Shown one piece after another: positions 37,883 to 48,447 of a stretch of DNA of 49,821 nucleotides (its first letter is position 1; each line of letters opens with the position of its first letter). The notes under the pieces were generated by a model, which was given only the letters and a program-made list of their open reading frames with translations, had not been told where the DNA came from and searched no databases. The position numbers and the translations under genes are program-made. The DNA is taken from assembly GCA_046760505.1 (NCBI GenBank), contig JBHIEG010000014.1, positions 1-49,821 on the forward strand. The letters are read 5' to 3'. Source of the stretch: Candidatus Hydrothermarchaeota archaeon (GTDB lineage Archaea; CAYFZR01).

Positions 37883-39442
37883 TTATTTGCTCTCCAAGTT
37901 GCCTCTTTTTCTGAGAAGCATGAGTCTGTTTATTCCCTCTATCATCGCATCAACGCTTGCCATTACTATATCTTCTCTTGCACCTTTTGCAGACGCTATA
38001 TTCCCTTTATCATCTTCTACTTTGATCATTACCTCTGCTATTGCATCTGATCCTCCGGTAATTGCTTTTAATCTATATTCATTCAATTTAATAAATTCTG
38101 CACCGATAGCACTTCTAATAGCTTTAATAGCAGCATCTACCGGTCCTACTCCGGTTTCTGAGGCTATTTTTTCTTTTCCTTCGAATAAAAGCCTTACACT
38201 AGCGGTAGGAATCATCTGACTGCCGGTCATTACTGATAAATCTCTCATCTCTACTGTTCTCTTTTCTTTGGCTATTTCTCCTATTACTGTCTCTGCAATT
38301 GTTCTCAAGTCTACATCTGTAACTTTTTTACCCTTATCACCGACTTCTTTTACTCTGTTTACAATTTCTTTAAGTTGTTCTTTGGTAACGGAAATACCAA
38401 GATCGCTAAGCCATTTCTCTACAGAATGAGTACCGGTGTGCTTTCCTAAGACAATCTCTCTCCTGTGTCCAACCATTTCTGGTGTGATAGGTTCGTATGT
38501 GAAGGATTTTCCAAGTACACCATGAACATGTATTCCAGATTCATGGGCAAAGGCGTTCTCCCCTACTATTGGAGTACAAGGAGGCAGGTATATTCCAGTA
38601 AGCATCTCCACCAGTTCAGATGTCTCAACTAAGTATCGCAGGTTTATTTTGGTCTTAACATCGTAGAGCGCATAGAGAGATGTTACCACCTCTTCTAAAG
38701 ATGCATTTCCAGCTCTCTCTCCAAGACCGTTCACGCAAACATGCACCTCTTCACATCCTGCCTCAACAGCTGACAATGAATTGGCTGTAGCAAGCCCAAA
38801 GTCGTTGTGACAGTGCACAGCTATAGGAATGTCCACCGTGTTTTTTATCTCGCTTATGAGGTAGTACATCGCCCTAGGGGTTATCACACCAACCGTATCA
38901 GGAACATCTATTCTATCTGCTCCAGCCTCTTGTACAGCCAAGAAAACTTCTTTTAAGAATGAAACCTCTGTCCTAGTTGCATCTTCAGCTGAAAATTCAA
39001 CCGTTACTCCATGAGATTTGGCATATTCAACAGCCCATATTGCCTGTTCTTTTGCTTCTTCTCTCGTCATTTTTAATTTGTGTTCTAAATGTAAGTCTGA
39101 AGTCGCAACAAATGTATGTATGGCATCTACATCGCATGCTAATGCTGTGTCTATGTCTTTTTTGTCTACTCTTGCCAGTGCGATTATCTCGCTGTCCAAC
39201 CCTTCTTTCGCTATAAGTTTAACTGCTTCCTTCTCTCCCTTTGAAGTGATGGGCATACCAGCCTCTATCGTATCAACACCGAGTTTGTCTAACTGCCTTG
39301 CGATCGTTAACTTATCTTCTACAGTTAAAGAAACTCCAGGGGTTTGTTCTCCGTCTCTTAAGGTTGTATCAAAAATCCTAACTTCTTTAGGTAAATCTTT
39401 CGGTCTCACCACATCCATGAGTTCACTAACATAGAACGCCAT
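37883..39442 (-). CDS. leuA: 2-isopropylmalate synthase
   Basis: DTTLRDGEQ, IHTFVATS, VPDTVG, HCHNDFG, HESGIH, GPVDA; IHTF and VPDT favour LeuA over CimA. Confidence 0.9.
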   Translation of the reverse strand: MAFYVSELMDVVRPKDLPKEVRIFDTTLRDGEQTPGVSLTVEDKLTIARQLDKLGVDTIEAGMPITSKGEKEAVKLIAKEGLDSEIIALARVDKKDIDTALACDVDAIHTFVATSDLHLEHKLKMTREEAKEQAIWAVEYAKSHGVTVEFSAEDATRTEVSFLKEVFLAVQEAGADRIDVPDTVGVITPRAMYYLISEIKNTVDIPIAVHCHNDFGLATANSLSAVEAGCEEVHVCVNGLGERAGNASLEEVVTSLYALYDVKTKINLRYLVETSELVEMLTGIYLPPCTPIVGENAFAHESGIHVHGVLGKSFTYEPITPEMVGHRREIVLGKHTGTHSVEKWLSDLGISVTKEQLKEIVNRVKEVGDKGKKVTDVDLRTIAETVIGEIAKEKRTVEMRDLSVMTGSQMIPTASVRLLFEGKEKIASETGVGPVDAAIKAIRSAIGAEFIKLNEYRLKAITGGSDAIAEVMIKVEDDKGNIASAKGAREDIVMASVDAMIEGINRLMLLRKRGNLESK

Positions 39443-39561
39443 CCCTCTTCATTAAATACACCTCTTAAATGTACCTCTTAACTATTTGCCCAACTTTCTT
39501 ATAATCTTTTTGTGGAAACCCTTTTAAACTTAGAGATAAATTCAAGAGGAGGGGAATTCCG

Positions 39562-40818
39562 ATGAAAGGGACAATTTCAGAAAAAATACTTGCACGGGCC
39601 AGTAATAAAAAGGAAGTTTCTCCGGGGGATATAGTAGTAGCAGAAGTAGACATTGTCATGATAAACGACATAACTGGTCCACCTGCAATAAATGCATTTA
39701 GGAGTATTGGGAAACCGATTTGGGACAGGAACAAAATTGTCATGGTTATCGATCATATTGTACCTCCCTCTAGCGAACATGCTGCCAGACTGCATAGAGA
39801 AATGAAGAATTTTGCCAGAGAAGAAGAGATACCACATTACTATGATTCTGCCGGAATATGTCATCAGATATTGCCGGAAAAAGGACATGTTGCTCCAGGA
39901 AATTTGATCGTGGGAGCAGACTCTCATACATGCACCTATGGAGCCTTTGGTGCTTTTGCAACAGGTATAGGGTCTACTGAAGCTGCAGCAGTATTTGCAA
40001 CCGGTAAAATTTGGTTAAGGGTACCGGAAACCATAGAAATTAAGATAGAAGGGACTTTAAAAGATATGGTAACACCTAAAGACGTAATCCTTAATATATT
40101 GGGCGAAATAAAGGCTGATGGAGCCTCTTACAAAGCCATAGAATTTAGAGGGAATACAGTAAAGGATATGAGCATATCTGGAAGAATGACTCTCTGCAAT
40201 ATGGCGGTGGAAATGGGCGCTAAGGTAGGGCTTATAGAACCAGATAAAAAGACAGAGGAGTTTTTAAAAGACAGAAATGTAGAATTTAAGCACATCAAGA
40301 GCGAAGGAAAGTACGAACAAACTTATAATTTTGAGGTCTCAGACTTAGAACCTCAGGTAGCGAAACCCCATAGGGTAGATGATGTAACAAGCGTTTCCGA
40401 AGTGGAGGGCATGGAAATAGATCAAGGTTTTATAGGAACGTGTACAAATGGGAGATTGGAAGATTTAAAGCAAGCAGCAATGATATTAAAAAATCAAAAG
40501 GTAGATGAAAATTGCAGGCTTATAGTCATACCGGCTTCGATAGAAGTTTATAATCAGGCTTTAAACCAAGGATTGATAAACATATTCTTGAAATCAGGCG
40601 CTATTGTTTGTCACCCGAATTGTGGACCCTGCTTGGGCAGCCATGAAGGTGTTTTATCGGAAGGAGAAGTATGTATATCGTCTTCAAACAGAAATTTCCC
40701 TGGAAGAATGGGAAGTAGAGAGGCAAAGATTTATCTTGCCTCGCCTGTAACCGTTGCAGCATCCGCAATAAAAGGGAAGATAACAGATCCCAGAGAGATG
40801 TATTCTAGGGGTATTTGA
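39562..40818 (+). CDS. leuC: 3-isopropylmalate dehydratase large subunit
   Basis: DH, GICHQ, GADSHTCT, GTCTNGR, CGPCLG, NRNFPGRMG. Confidence 0.93.
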   Translation: MKGTISEKILARASNKKEVSPGDIVVAEVDIVMINDITGPPAINAFRSIGKPIWDRNKIVMVIDHIVPPSSEHAARLHREMKNFAREEEIPHYYDSAGICHQILPEKGHVAPGNLIVGADSHTCTYGAFGAFATGIGSTEAAAVFATGKIWLRVPETIEIKIEGTLKDMVTPKDVILNILGEIKADGASYKAIEFRGNTVKDMSISGRMTLCNMAVEMGAKVGLIEPDKKTEEFLKDRNVEFKHIKSEGKYEQTYNFEVSDLEPQVAKPHRVDDVTSVSEVEGMEIDQGFIGTCTNGRLEDLKQAAMILKNQKVDENCRLIVIPASIEVYNQALNQGLINIFLKSGAIVCHPNCGPCLGSHEGVLSEGEVCISSSNRNFPGRMGSREAKIYLASPVTVAASAIKGKITDPREMYSRGI

Positions 40819-41301
40819 ATGGGTAAAGCCTTTAAGTTTGGTAATAATATAGATACAGATCAAATCATACCTGGAAAATATCTCGTAATCCAAGATCCCA
40901 AAGAACTGGCTAAACATGTCATGGAAGGTGCAGATCCTGATTTTGCCAAGAAAATGAGGGAAGGAGACATCATAGTAGCAGGAAAAAACTTTGGATGTGG
41001 TTCTAGCAGAGAACATGCCCCCATGGCATTGAAACAAAGCGGAATAAAATGTGTCGTGGCAGAGAGTTTTGCAAGAATATTCTACAGAAACTCAATCAAC
41101 ATAGGATTCCCTATACTTGAACTTAAAGAAGCCTCCAATCTTATAGAGGAGGGAGATATCCTTGAAATAGATCTTAATAAGGGGGAGATAAGAAATATTT
41201 CGAGAAATGAGGTGTATCATGCCAATCCAATTCCAAAATTTATCATAGATATTATCGAGTCAGGAGGGCTGTTGGAGTACATAAAGAAGATGAGGGATTA
41301 A
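40819..41301 (+). CDS. leuD: 3-isopropylmalate dehydratase small subunit
   Basis: [28 protein letters not shown]. Confidence 0.93.
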   Translation: MGKAFKFGNNIDTDQIIPGKYLVIQDPKELAKHVMEGADPDFAKKMREGDIIVAGKNFGCGSSREHAPMALKQSGIKCVVAESFARIFYRNSINIGFPILELKEASNLIEEGDILEIDLNKGEIRNISRNEVYHANPIPKFIIDIIESGGLLEYIKKMRD

Positions 41302-41302
41302 A

Positions 41303-42439
41303 ATGGGCAGTTATAAGATAGCCGTAATACCCGGAGATGGAATTGGACCAGAAGTAATAAGAGAAGGAATAAAGGTTCTAAATGCGGTAGAGGAGGTAGA
41401 AAATTTAAACTTTCACTTCATAGAGTTTCCTTATGGAGCGGATCATTACTTAGAAACCGGGGAATTACTTCCAGAAGATGGACTAAAGGAGATTGAAAGG
41501 ACAGACGCCATATATCTTGGTGCTTTAGGAGATCCAAGGATAAAGCCGGGAATACTTGAACAAGGGATATTGCTTAAGATGAGATTTTATTTTGATCAGT
41601 TCGTAAACCTCAGACCTGTAAAGTTATATCCAAATGTTCCATGTCCCCTGAGAGGCAAGGGGTATGGAGACATTGACTTTTACGTTGTGAGAGAAAATAC
41701 AGAAGATTTCTATGTAGGTATTGGCTCAAGATTCAAGGGAAAAAAGGATAAGAAAGAATTAGAAGTTCTTAGAGAGTTATATAATATAAAATTCAATGTT
41801 GAGGTAGATTCAGACAGAGATGAGGAGATAGCATACCAGATAGGTTTGACGAGCAGATCTGGTGCCGAAAGGGTAATTAGATACGCATTTGAACTCGCAA
41901 AAAGGAAAAATAAAAGTAGGGTAACTTCGGTGGATAAGGCAAATGTATTGACCGAGATATATGGTCTTTGGAGAGAGGTATTCGAAGAGGTTGCAAAAGA
42001 TTATCCTGATATCGAGTATGAATTCTCATTCGTGGATGCCATAACCATGTGGTTCGTGAAGAATCCAGAGTGGTATCAGGTTGTGGTTACTCCAAACATG
42101 TTCGGGGACATCATTACAGATTTAGGCGCAATGATTCAAGGAGGCTTAGGTCTTGCACCAGGCGGAAACATAAGCATAAATAAGGTTTCAATGTTCGAGC
42201 CAATTCACGGTAGTGCACCTAAATACAAGGGCAGGAACGTTTCCAATCCTCTTGCAACTATCTTAGCAGGACAGATGATGCTGGAAGAACTTGGAGAGGA
42301 AAGATCTGCAAATTTAATCGAAAGATCAGTCATTAAGGTTCTGAGTGAGGGAAAAACATTGACTTACGATCTCGGAGGGAAATCAAAGACCTCTGAAGTG
42401 GGTGATGAAGTGGCGAGAGTAATAAAGGCCCTATCTTAG
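41303..42439 (+). CDS. leuB: 3-isopropylmalate dehydrogenase
   Basis: [40 protein letters not shown]. Confidence 0.9.
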   Translation: MGSYKIAVIPGDGIGPEVIREGIKVLNAVEEVENLNFHFIEFPYGADHYLETGELLPEDGLKEIERTDAIYLGALGDPRIKPGILEQGILLKMRFYFDQFVNLRPVKLYPNVPCPLRGKGYGDIDFYVVRENTEDFYVGIGSRFKGKKDKKELEVLRELYNIKFNVEVDSDRDEEIAYQIGLTSRSGAERVIRYAFELAKRKNKSRVTSVDKANVLTEIYGLWREVFEEVAKDYPDIEYEFSFVDAITMWFVKNPEWYQVVVTPNMFGDIITDLGAMIQGGLGLAPGGNISINKVSMFEPIHGSAPKYKGRNVSNPLATILAGQMMLEELGEERSANLIERSVIKVLSEGKTLTYDLGGKSKTSEVGDEVARVIKALS

Positions 42440-42528
42440 AATTTTCACATTAGAAACATATATTCATGCATTTTTTTCTTTCGAAAACAGAAAATTTAAT
42501 ACTCAAACAACTAGCAATTATTGTTACC

Positions 42529-44898
42529 ATGATGAAAAGAATAACCATAGGATTAGAAGGAATGACATGCGCATCCTGTGCTGTCACAATAGAAAATGCC
42601 TTAAGTAAGTTAGATGGAGTTTCTGAGGTTAGTGTAAATTTAGCGGCAGAAAAAGCTTCAATTAAGTATGATTCAGACATTATCGGAGTAGATGAGATCC
42701 TCGAAAAAATAAGGGAAGTAGGTTATGAAGTTAGAATTGAGAGGGCGACATTTCCAATCAAGGGAATGACATGCGCATCTTGTGCTTTGACAATAGAAGA
42801 AGGACTGCGAAACTTCGAAGGCGTTTTGTCTGCAGGTGTAAATTTAGCCGCAGAAAAGGCCAATGTAGAGTATTTACACGAACAGGTTAATTTGAGAGAT
42901 CTGAAAAAGATAGTTGAGGATTTGGGCTATGAGGCGCCAGAATTACCTGAGGATATTGAAAAAGAAGCCAGAGAAAAAGAAATTACCAGACAAAAAAATC
43001 TTCTCATATTTGGGACTTCTCTAACCGTACCGATATTTCTGATTAGCGTACTTTTAAGTACAGAAACTTTCCCAGCTAAACATTACCTCCTCTTTGCCTT
43101 GGCAACCCCTGTTCAGGCAATCCTAGGTTATCAGTTTTACAGGGTCTCTTTTAGGGTCTTAAGGCATGGAAGAGCTAACATGGATGTCCTAATTGCAATG
43201 GGTACTTCTGCGGCGTATTTTTACAGTTTGGCAACCACTTTTATAATTCCTGGGGAAGTATACTACGATACCGCCGCAGTAATCCTTACATTAATCACTC
43301 TAGGCAGATACCTTGAAGCAGTTGCGAAAGGTAAGACTTCTGAGGCAATAAAGAGGCTTATGGGTTTACAGGCTAAAACTGCCACGGTCATTAGAGACGG
43401 TAAAGAAATGAACGTTCCTGTAGAGGATGTAGTAGTTGGAGACATCATAGTAGTTAAACCAGGGGAGAAGATACCTGTCGATGGTGTAGTAAGAGAAGGA
43501 CATTCAAGCGTTGACGAATCTATGCTAACTGGAGAGAGCATTCCTGTTGAAAAAAACGTTGGTGACGAGGTGATTGGAGGGACAATTAACAAAACAGGGC
43601 TACTTAAATTCGAGGCGACCAAGATAGGTAAAGACACAGCTCTAGCACAAATAATCAAACTGGTAGAGGAAGCACAAGGATCTAAAGCACCAATACAAAG
43701 ACTTGCGGATAAAGTAGCTGGAATTTTTGTTCCTTCCGTTATAATTATAGCACTATTCACGTTCTCTTTCTGGTATATTTTTGGTACTGGCCCTGAACGC
43801 TTCACACCTGCTCTTCTCAATATGGTAGCAGTTCTGGTAATAGCCTGTCCATGCGCCTTAGGTCTTGCTACTCCCACTGCAATAATGGTTGGAACAGGAA
43901 AGGGAGCAGAATACGGAATTCTGGTCAAAGGTGGAGAAAGCCTAGAAAGGGCTCATAAAATTGATACAATAGTCTTCGATAAGACAGGAACTCTAACAAA
44001 AGGAAAACCAGAAGTTACAGACATTTTTTGTGCAGATGGATATAAAGAAGAAGAAATCTTAAAACTTGCTGCGATCGCTGAAAAAGGCTCGGAACATCCT
44101 TTAGGAGAAGCAATAGTTTCAAAGGCAAATGAAAAAGAACTTGAAGTTCCAGATCCCGAGAACTTCGAGGCGATACCTGGACAAGGTGTAAAAGCAAACT
44201 TCAATGGATATGAGATATTGCTAGGGAACCGTAGATTGCTGGAAAATAACGGAATTGATTTTGAATTTTTAAACGAAAAAATAGAAAATCTCGAAGAGGA
44301 AGGAAAGACAGTGATGACTATTGCAATAAACGGAAACTTAGTGGGGGTAATCGCTGTTGCAGACACCCTCAAGGAAAAATCAAAGGAAGCGGTAAAGGAA
44401 CTTCAGGGGATGGGTATTGAGGTGGTTATGCTTACAGGTGATAACGAAAGGACTGCAAAGGCAATAGCAAAACAGGTAAATATCAATCGGGTTTTAGCAG
44501 AGGTCTTACCAGAAGAAAAAACCAATGAAATCAAGAGACTTCAGAATGAAGGAAGGATTGTTGGCATGGTAGGAGATGGGATAAACGATGCTCCTGCTTT
44601 GGCGCAAGCGGATATTGGCATAGCAATTGGAACTGGCACTGACATTGCTATGGAAGCATCTGATATCACCCTAATGACCGAAGACTTAAGAGGAGTAGTA
44701 AACGGAATAAACCTTAGTAAGAGAACGATGCGAACGATAAAACAAAACCTCTTCTGGGCATTTTTCTACAATACAATAGGGATCCCTGTGGCAGCTTCAG
44801 GTTTTTTAAATCCCATGATAGCGGCTGGAGCAATGGCATTCAGCTCGGTTTCTGTTGTTTCAAACTCATTGCGTTTGAGAAGATACAAACTAGAATGA
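42529..44898 (+). CDS. copA: Copper-translocating P1B-type ATPase
   Basis: Two GMTCASC HMA domains, TGES, CPC, DKTGT, SEHP, GDGIND, YN and MxxSS. Confidence 0.97.
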   Translation: MMKRITIGLEGMTCASCAVTIENALSKLDGVSEVSVNLAAEKASIKYDSDIIGVDEILEKIREVGYEVRIERATFPIKGMTCASCALTIEEGLRNFEGVLSAGVNLAAEKANVEYLHEQVNLRDLKKIVEDLGYEAPELPEDIEKEAREKEITRQKNLLIFGTSLTVPIFLISVLLSTETFPAKHYLLFALATPVQAILGYQFYRVSFRVLRHGRANMDVLIAMGTSAAYFYSLATTFIIPGEVYYDTAAVILTLITLGRYLEAVAKGKTSEAIKRLMGLQAKTATVIRDGKEMNVPVEDVVVGDIIVVKPGEKIPVDGVVREGHSSVDESMLTGESIPVEKNVGDEVIGGTINKTGLLKFEATKIGKDTALAQIIKLVEEAQGSKAPIQRLADKVAGIFVPSVIIIALFTFSFWYIFGTGPERFTPALLNMVAVLVIACPCALGLATPTAIMVGTGKGAEYGILVKGGESLERAHKIDTIVFDKTGTLTKGKPEVTDIFCADGYKEEEILKLAAIAEKGSEHPLGEAIVSKANEKELEVPDPENFEAIPGQGVKANFNGYEILLGNRRLLENNGIDFEFLNEKIENLEEEGKTVMTIAINGNLVGVIAVADTLKEKSKEAVKELQGMGIEVVMLTGDNERTAKAIAKQVNINRVLAEVLPEEKTNEIKRLQNEGRIVGMVGDGINDAPALAQADIGIAIGTGTDIAMEASDITLMTEDLRGVVNGINLSKRTMRTIKQNLFWAFFYNTIGIPVAASGFLNPMIAAGAMAFSSVSVVSNSLRLRRYKLE

Positions 44899-44907
44899 GG
44901 TGGTTTA

Positions 44908-45051
44908 ATGGCAATAGACCCCATATGTAAGATGGAGGTAGATGAAAGTACCGCGAAGTATGTTAGTGAATATAAAGGGAAAAAATATTATTTCTGTGCA
45001 AAAGGGTGCAAGGTCAAGTTTGATAAGGATCCAGAAAAATATGCAACCTGA
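44908..45051 (+). CDS. YHS/TRASH-domain small metal-binding protein, not in the ORF track
   Basis: MAIDPICKMEVDESTAKYVSEYKGKKYYFCAKGCKVKFDKDPEKYAT; SD GAGGTGG. Confidence 0.93.
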   Translation: MAIDPICKMEVDESTAKYVSEYKGKKYYFCAKGCKVKFDKDPEKYAT

Positions 45052-45078
45052 TTTTTAGCATCTAAAATGCTTAAAAAA
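45052..45078 (+). terminator. Possible terminator after the cop genes
   Basis: T-run and imperfect inverted repeat TTTTTAGCAT-CTAAA-ATGCTTAAAAA immediately after the stop. Confidence 0.35.
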
Positions 45079-45286
45079 TAACGCACCCTTAATTTTTTAT
45101 TGAAGCGCCAATAATACAAAATAATTATTTTTTTCACTTTTGATAAAAAATGGAAAAAACTTTTCGAAATGCGAAACCGTAGGAATCTTTTAAATATTTA
45201 AGTAATCAGATGTATTCAGGGAGAATATCTAAATTTCTCTTCCATAAACCCTCCGAACATTTTAGCTTCCAAAATTGGTGAATAAA

Positions 45287-45553
45287 ATGAAACTTGCTCG
45301 TCTAATTCATTTGGTTGTGGATGATTTTAATGATCTGAAGCAATTCAATCTCGCATGCAATCTCATAGGATTATTGTCGGAGAGAAAAGAGATGAGTGTG
45401 GATGAAATCTCAAGGGAACTTAAGGTTAATCTGGGTGATTTGGAAGATATATTAAAGAAGTTGATAAAAAAAGGATTGATTAAATCATCAGCAAATGATA
45501 TTGCCTTACTGATCACTCAGGAATCAAACGATATGATGTTGGATACTATCTAA
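45287..45553 (+). CDS. Small winged-HTH protein
   Basis: MSVDEISRELKV..LEDILKKLIKKGLI; ATG 45287 after GGTGA. Confidence 0.65.
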   Translation: MKLARLIHLVVDDFNDLKQFNLACNLIGLLSERKEMSVDEISRELKVNLGDLEDILKKLIKKGLIKSSANDIALLITQESNDMMLDTI

Positions 45554-45698
45554 TTTGCTAACCTATTATAGGAGTACTCACAATCAAAATAACAATCTAT
45601 CGTTACATCATAGATAATAGTTTGACGATAAATGATTGTATGATAAATGCTCTTTATATAGTGATGGTTATTATGGTAATATGTAAGATTCTCACGCA

Positions 45699-45728
45699 AT
45701 AATTTAATTATCTATAATTTAATTATCT
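45699..45728. repeat. Perfect tandem 15-bp repeat, each unit internally palindromic
   Basis: ATAATTTAATTATCT x2 (45699-45713, 45714-45728). Confidence 0.85.
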
Positions 45729-45833
45729 GAGAGCAAATAGTGTGAGAGGCCCGGTGTTCAGTTGAATCCTTATTTAAGTTCAAAAATTTGCATGTATAAA
45801 CTTTTTATATTTTTCCGTTGTATTCCTAAGGTA

Positions 45834-46514
45834 ATGCCTCGTTTAGCCTATCCCCCACTGGTAATTCCTTTCATCATAATATTTTTCATCCTATTATCTT
45901 TGGTTTTGCTACTAGTTCAGATAGGTATCTTTGGCATCGCCTTTACAAAACTTGGTTTCGATCCCAGAGTTATTTTATCACTTTTGTTCCTCTCTTTGTT
46001 CGGAAGTTTTGTAAATATTCCAATAAAAAGGCTAGAATCAGAGCGTCCTATGATCTCAGGTGAAATCGTTGATTTTTTTGGAATGAAATACGTAATACCG
46101 GTAGTGAGAAGAAAAACTGCAACAATAATTGCCATAAACTTTGGAGGCGGAATAATACCTCTTCTTGTCTCAATTTATTTGATGAGCAAGGTACAACACA
46201 TAGAAAGAGTATTACTCGCGGTATTCATACTCGCCATAATGATAAACAGGATGGCAAGACCAGTGAGGGGAGTCGGTATTGCAGTCCCAGCATTGATTCC
46301 TCCTCTTTTAGCCGCAACCATTGCATATATTTTATCTCCCTTTGAGGCGCCAGCTGTTGCCTATATTTCCGGAACTCTGGGCAGCCTGTTAGGCGCTGAT
46401 ATACTCAATATAAATAAGGTTAAGGACCTAGGAGCTCCTGTTGCATCTATAGGTGGAGCGGGCACATTTGATGGAATATTTCTGACTGGAATAATAGCCG
46501 TACTTCTTACTTAG
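45834..46514 (+). CDS. DUF1614-family membrane protein
   Basis: GSFVNIPI, AINFGGGIIP, ARPVRGVGI, GADILN, SIGGAGTFDGIFLTG; likely start ATG 45834. Confidence 0.9.
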   Translation: MPRLAYPPLVIPFIIIFFILLSLVLLLVQIGIFGIAFTKLGFDPRVILSLLFLSLFGSFVNIPIKRLESERPMISGEIVDFFGMKYVIPVVRRKTATIIAINFGGGIIPLLVSIYLMSKVQHIERVLLAVFILAIMINRMARPVRGVGIAVPALIPPLLAATIAYILSPFEAPAVAYISGTLGSLLGADILNINKVKDLGAPVASIGGAGTFDGIFLTGIIAVLLT

Positions 46515-46551
46515 GTTTACTCCAAGTTTTTATTTTATATCCTTTTTATTT

Positions 46552-47600
46552 TTATATCCATTTTTTTCTCCTAAAATAGAGTAACATCGAGATGCCTATG
46601 GCAAGCATAATGAGCCAAACTAAGGGATAGCCCAAACGCCATTCAAGTTCTGGCATATATTCAAAATTCATCCCATATACGCCCGCTAAAAAAGTCATAG
46701 GAATGAATATCGTGGCAATAATCGTTAAAACTTTCATAACTTCATTCATCATATTGCTGATACTAGAAAGGTACACATCGAGCATTCCGGAAATCATATC
46801 TCTAAGCGACTCCAATGTATCAATAACTTGGATCGTATGATCGTAAACATCTCTTAGATATATACGTGTAGATTCATGAATAAGCGCTGATTCTCCTCTT
46901 TCCAATCCATTAACTACTTCTCTTAAGGGCCAGAAAGACTTGCGCAAGAATATCATGTCCCTTTTTAAATTGTGGATGATTTGCAAGGTCTCTGGTGTGG
47001 GATTTTTCACCAACTCTTCTTCTATATCTTCTATTTTTTCTCCAAGTTTCTCAAGTATTATGAAGTAACTGTCGACAATTGCATCTATTAAGGCATATGC
47101 GAGGTAGTCAGAACCCATTTTTCTGATTCGACCTTTTCCGCTTCTAATTCTTTCTCTCACCTGATTAAAAATATCTCTCTCACTTTCTTGAAATGATATA
47201 ACGAAATTTGGACCGAGAATTAAACTAACCTGCTGGGTATCTATTTCATTCTCTTTTTCATCATAGTAGAACATCTTTAAAACTATGAAGATATACTCCT
47301 CAAAGTCCTCAATTTTGGGTCGTTGTTCAGTGTTCAATATATCTTCAAGTATAAGAGGATGTAAGTTGAAATTTTCTCCGATTTTTTCAATAACATCAAT
47401 CTGATGAATTCCATCTATGTTTATCCATCTTACAGTTGCTTTGCCTTTTAATGGAAAGCATTCATCAACATTCTTTGCTACTTTCTCTTGGAAATAAACC
47501 TCACCGTAATCTATTATTGTAATCTTTACCTTCTCAGTTTTTCTCTCTCCTATATGAATTAAAGTTCCGGGAGGAAGCCAACTTTTTTCTCTCTGGGCAT
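46552..47600 (-). CDS. corA: Magnesium/cobalt transporter CorA, with an apparent 1-nt frameshift near the 5' end
   Basis: LPPGTL, HPLILEDI..QRPK, YLRDVYDH, YGMNF.YMPEL; SD-preceded ATG 47600 is out of frame with the body (track start TTG 47673). Confidence 0.9.
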
Positions 47601-47706
47601 AAAATTCCCTCCAGAGGGTTGCAAGGTAATTTAATATAAAAAGTATAAAATCTATTGCGTGGAAAAAGTCCAAAGTTTTAAATAGAATTGATACATCCCA
47701 AGCGAT

Positions 47707-48447
47707 ATGGTTTACGGAGAATATGAATTAGAGAGCAGGGAACTAGAATTAAATGATCAGATCATCCGGGTAGAAAAAGTAGGAGAAGGATCCTTTACTT
47801 ACAGGAGAATATACTTAGAAGAAGAACAGAAAAAAGTTTTAGTAGATTCTCATGAAGGAAGAATTGGTATCTATCCAATTCCTCCTGTGTTCATACCTCA
47901 AAGAATATCTGATCATGTCGAACTTGTATTCGATTCTAGTATTCTATTGGGACCTAACGAATCCAGGGATGTTTTTTTCTTTATGCCCATTGAAATAGGA
48001 ATATTTTTGATTGAAAAAAATTCTCTAAGCCTAATAGATTCTTTCAATTTTGAAAAAGTTAAATATGCTTTATACGGTCCAGCTGAGAATGGAATAATAT
48101 GTAGGTACTACAAAACATCTCCCTCATACAAAAAACCAGAAGCAGACCCTTTTAAATATGCTATCGTAAGCCTTAAAGCAAACAATAAAACAAATAACTG
48201 GATAAGCATAAGTAGACTGGTTCTTCCTGCTCTAGATTTGGTCTTCTATTATAGCGAGAATTCAGTATTCCTTGGGAAGAGTACGATGGAAATAGTGAGT
48301 GATCAAGTTGCCAAAACAGATTGCACCGAGAAACCACCTTTAAAAGATCTAAAAAAGGCTTTAAGTATGCGAGATTTGGAAAAAAAGAAAATACCCGGCG
48401 CTAAAATGTTAGAAAAAACGAAGTTCATCATGGAGTGGGGATATTGA
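47707..48447 (+). CDS. DUF432-family protein
   Basis: MVYGEY start, PIEIG, KYALYG..GIICRY; upstream of mscS, as is usual for this family. Confidence 0.85.
   Translation: MVYGEYELESRELELNDQIIRVEKVGEGSFTYRRIYLEEEQKKVLVDSHEGRIGIYPIPPVFIPQRISDHVELVFDSSILLGPNESRDVFFFMPIEIGIFLIEKNSLSLIDSFNFEKVKYALYGPAENGIICRYYKTSPSYKKPEADPFKYAIVSLKANNKTNNWISISRLVLPALDLVFYYSENSVFLGKSTMEIVSDQVAKTDCTEKPPLKDLKKALSMRDLEKKKIPGAKMLEKTKFIMEWGY

Noticed and set aside
37883-39442. Citramalate synthase CimA or homocitrate synthase
   Set aside because: IHTFVATS, VPDTVG and HESGIH plus the C-terminal regulatory domain and ilv/leu context fit LeuA better
45661-45730. C/D box sRNA (GTGATGG ... CTGA)
   Set aside because: Box C mismatched, no clear C'/D' boxes, and low-complexity guide regions
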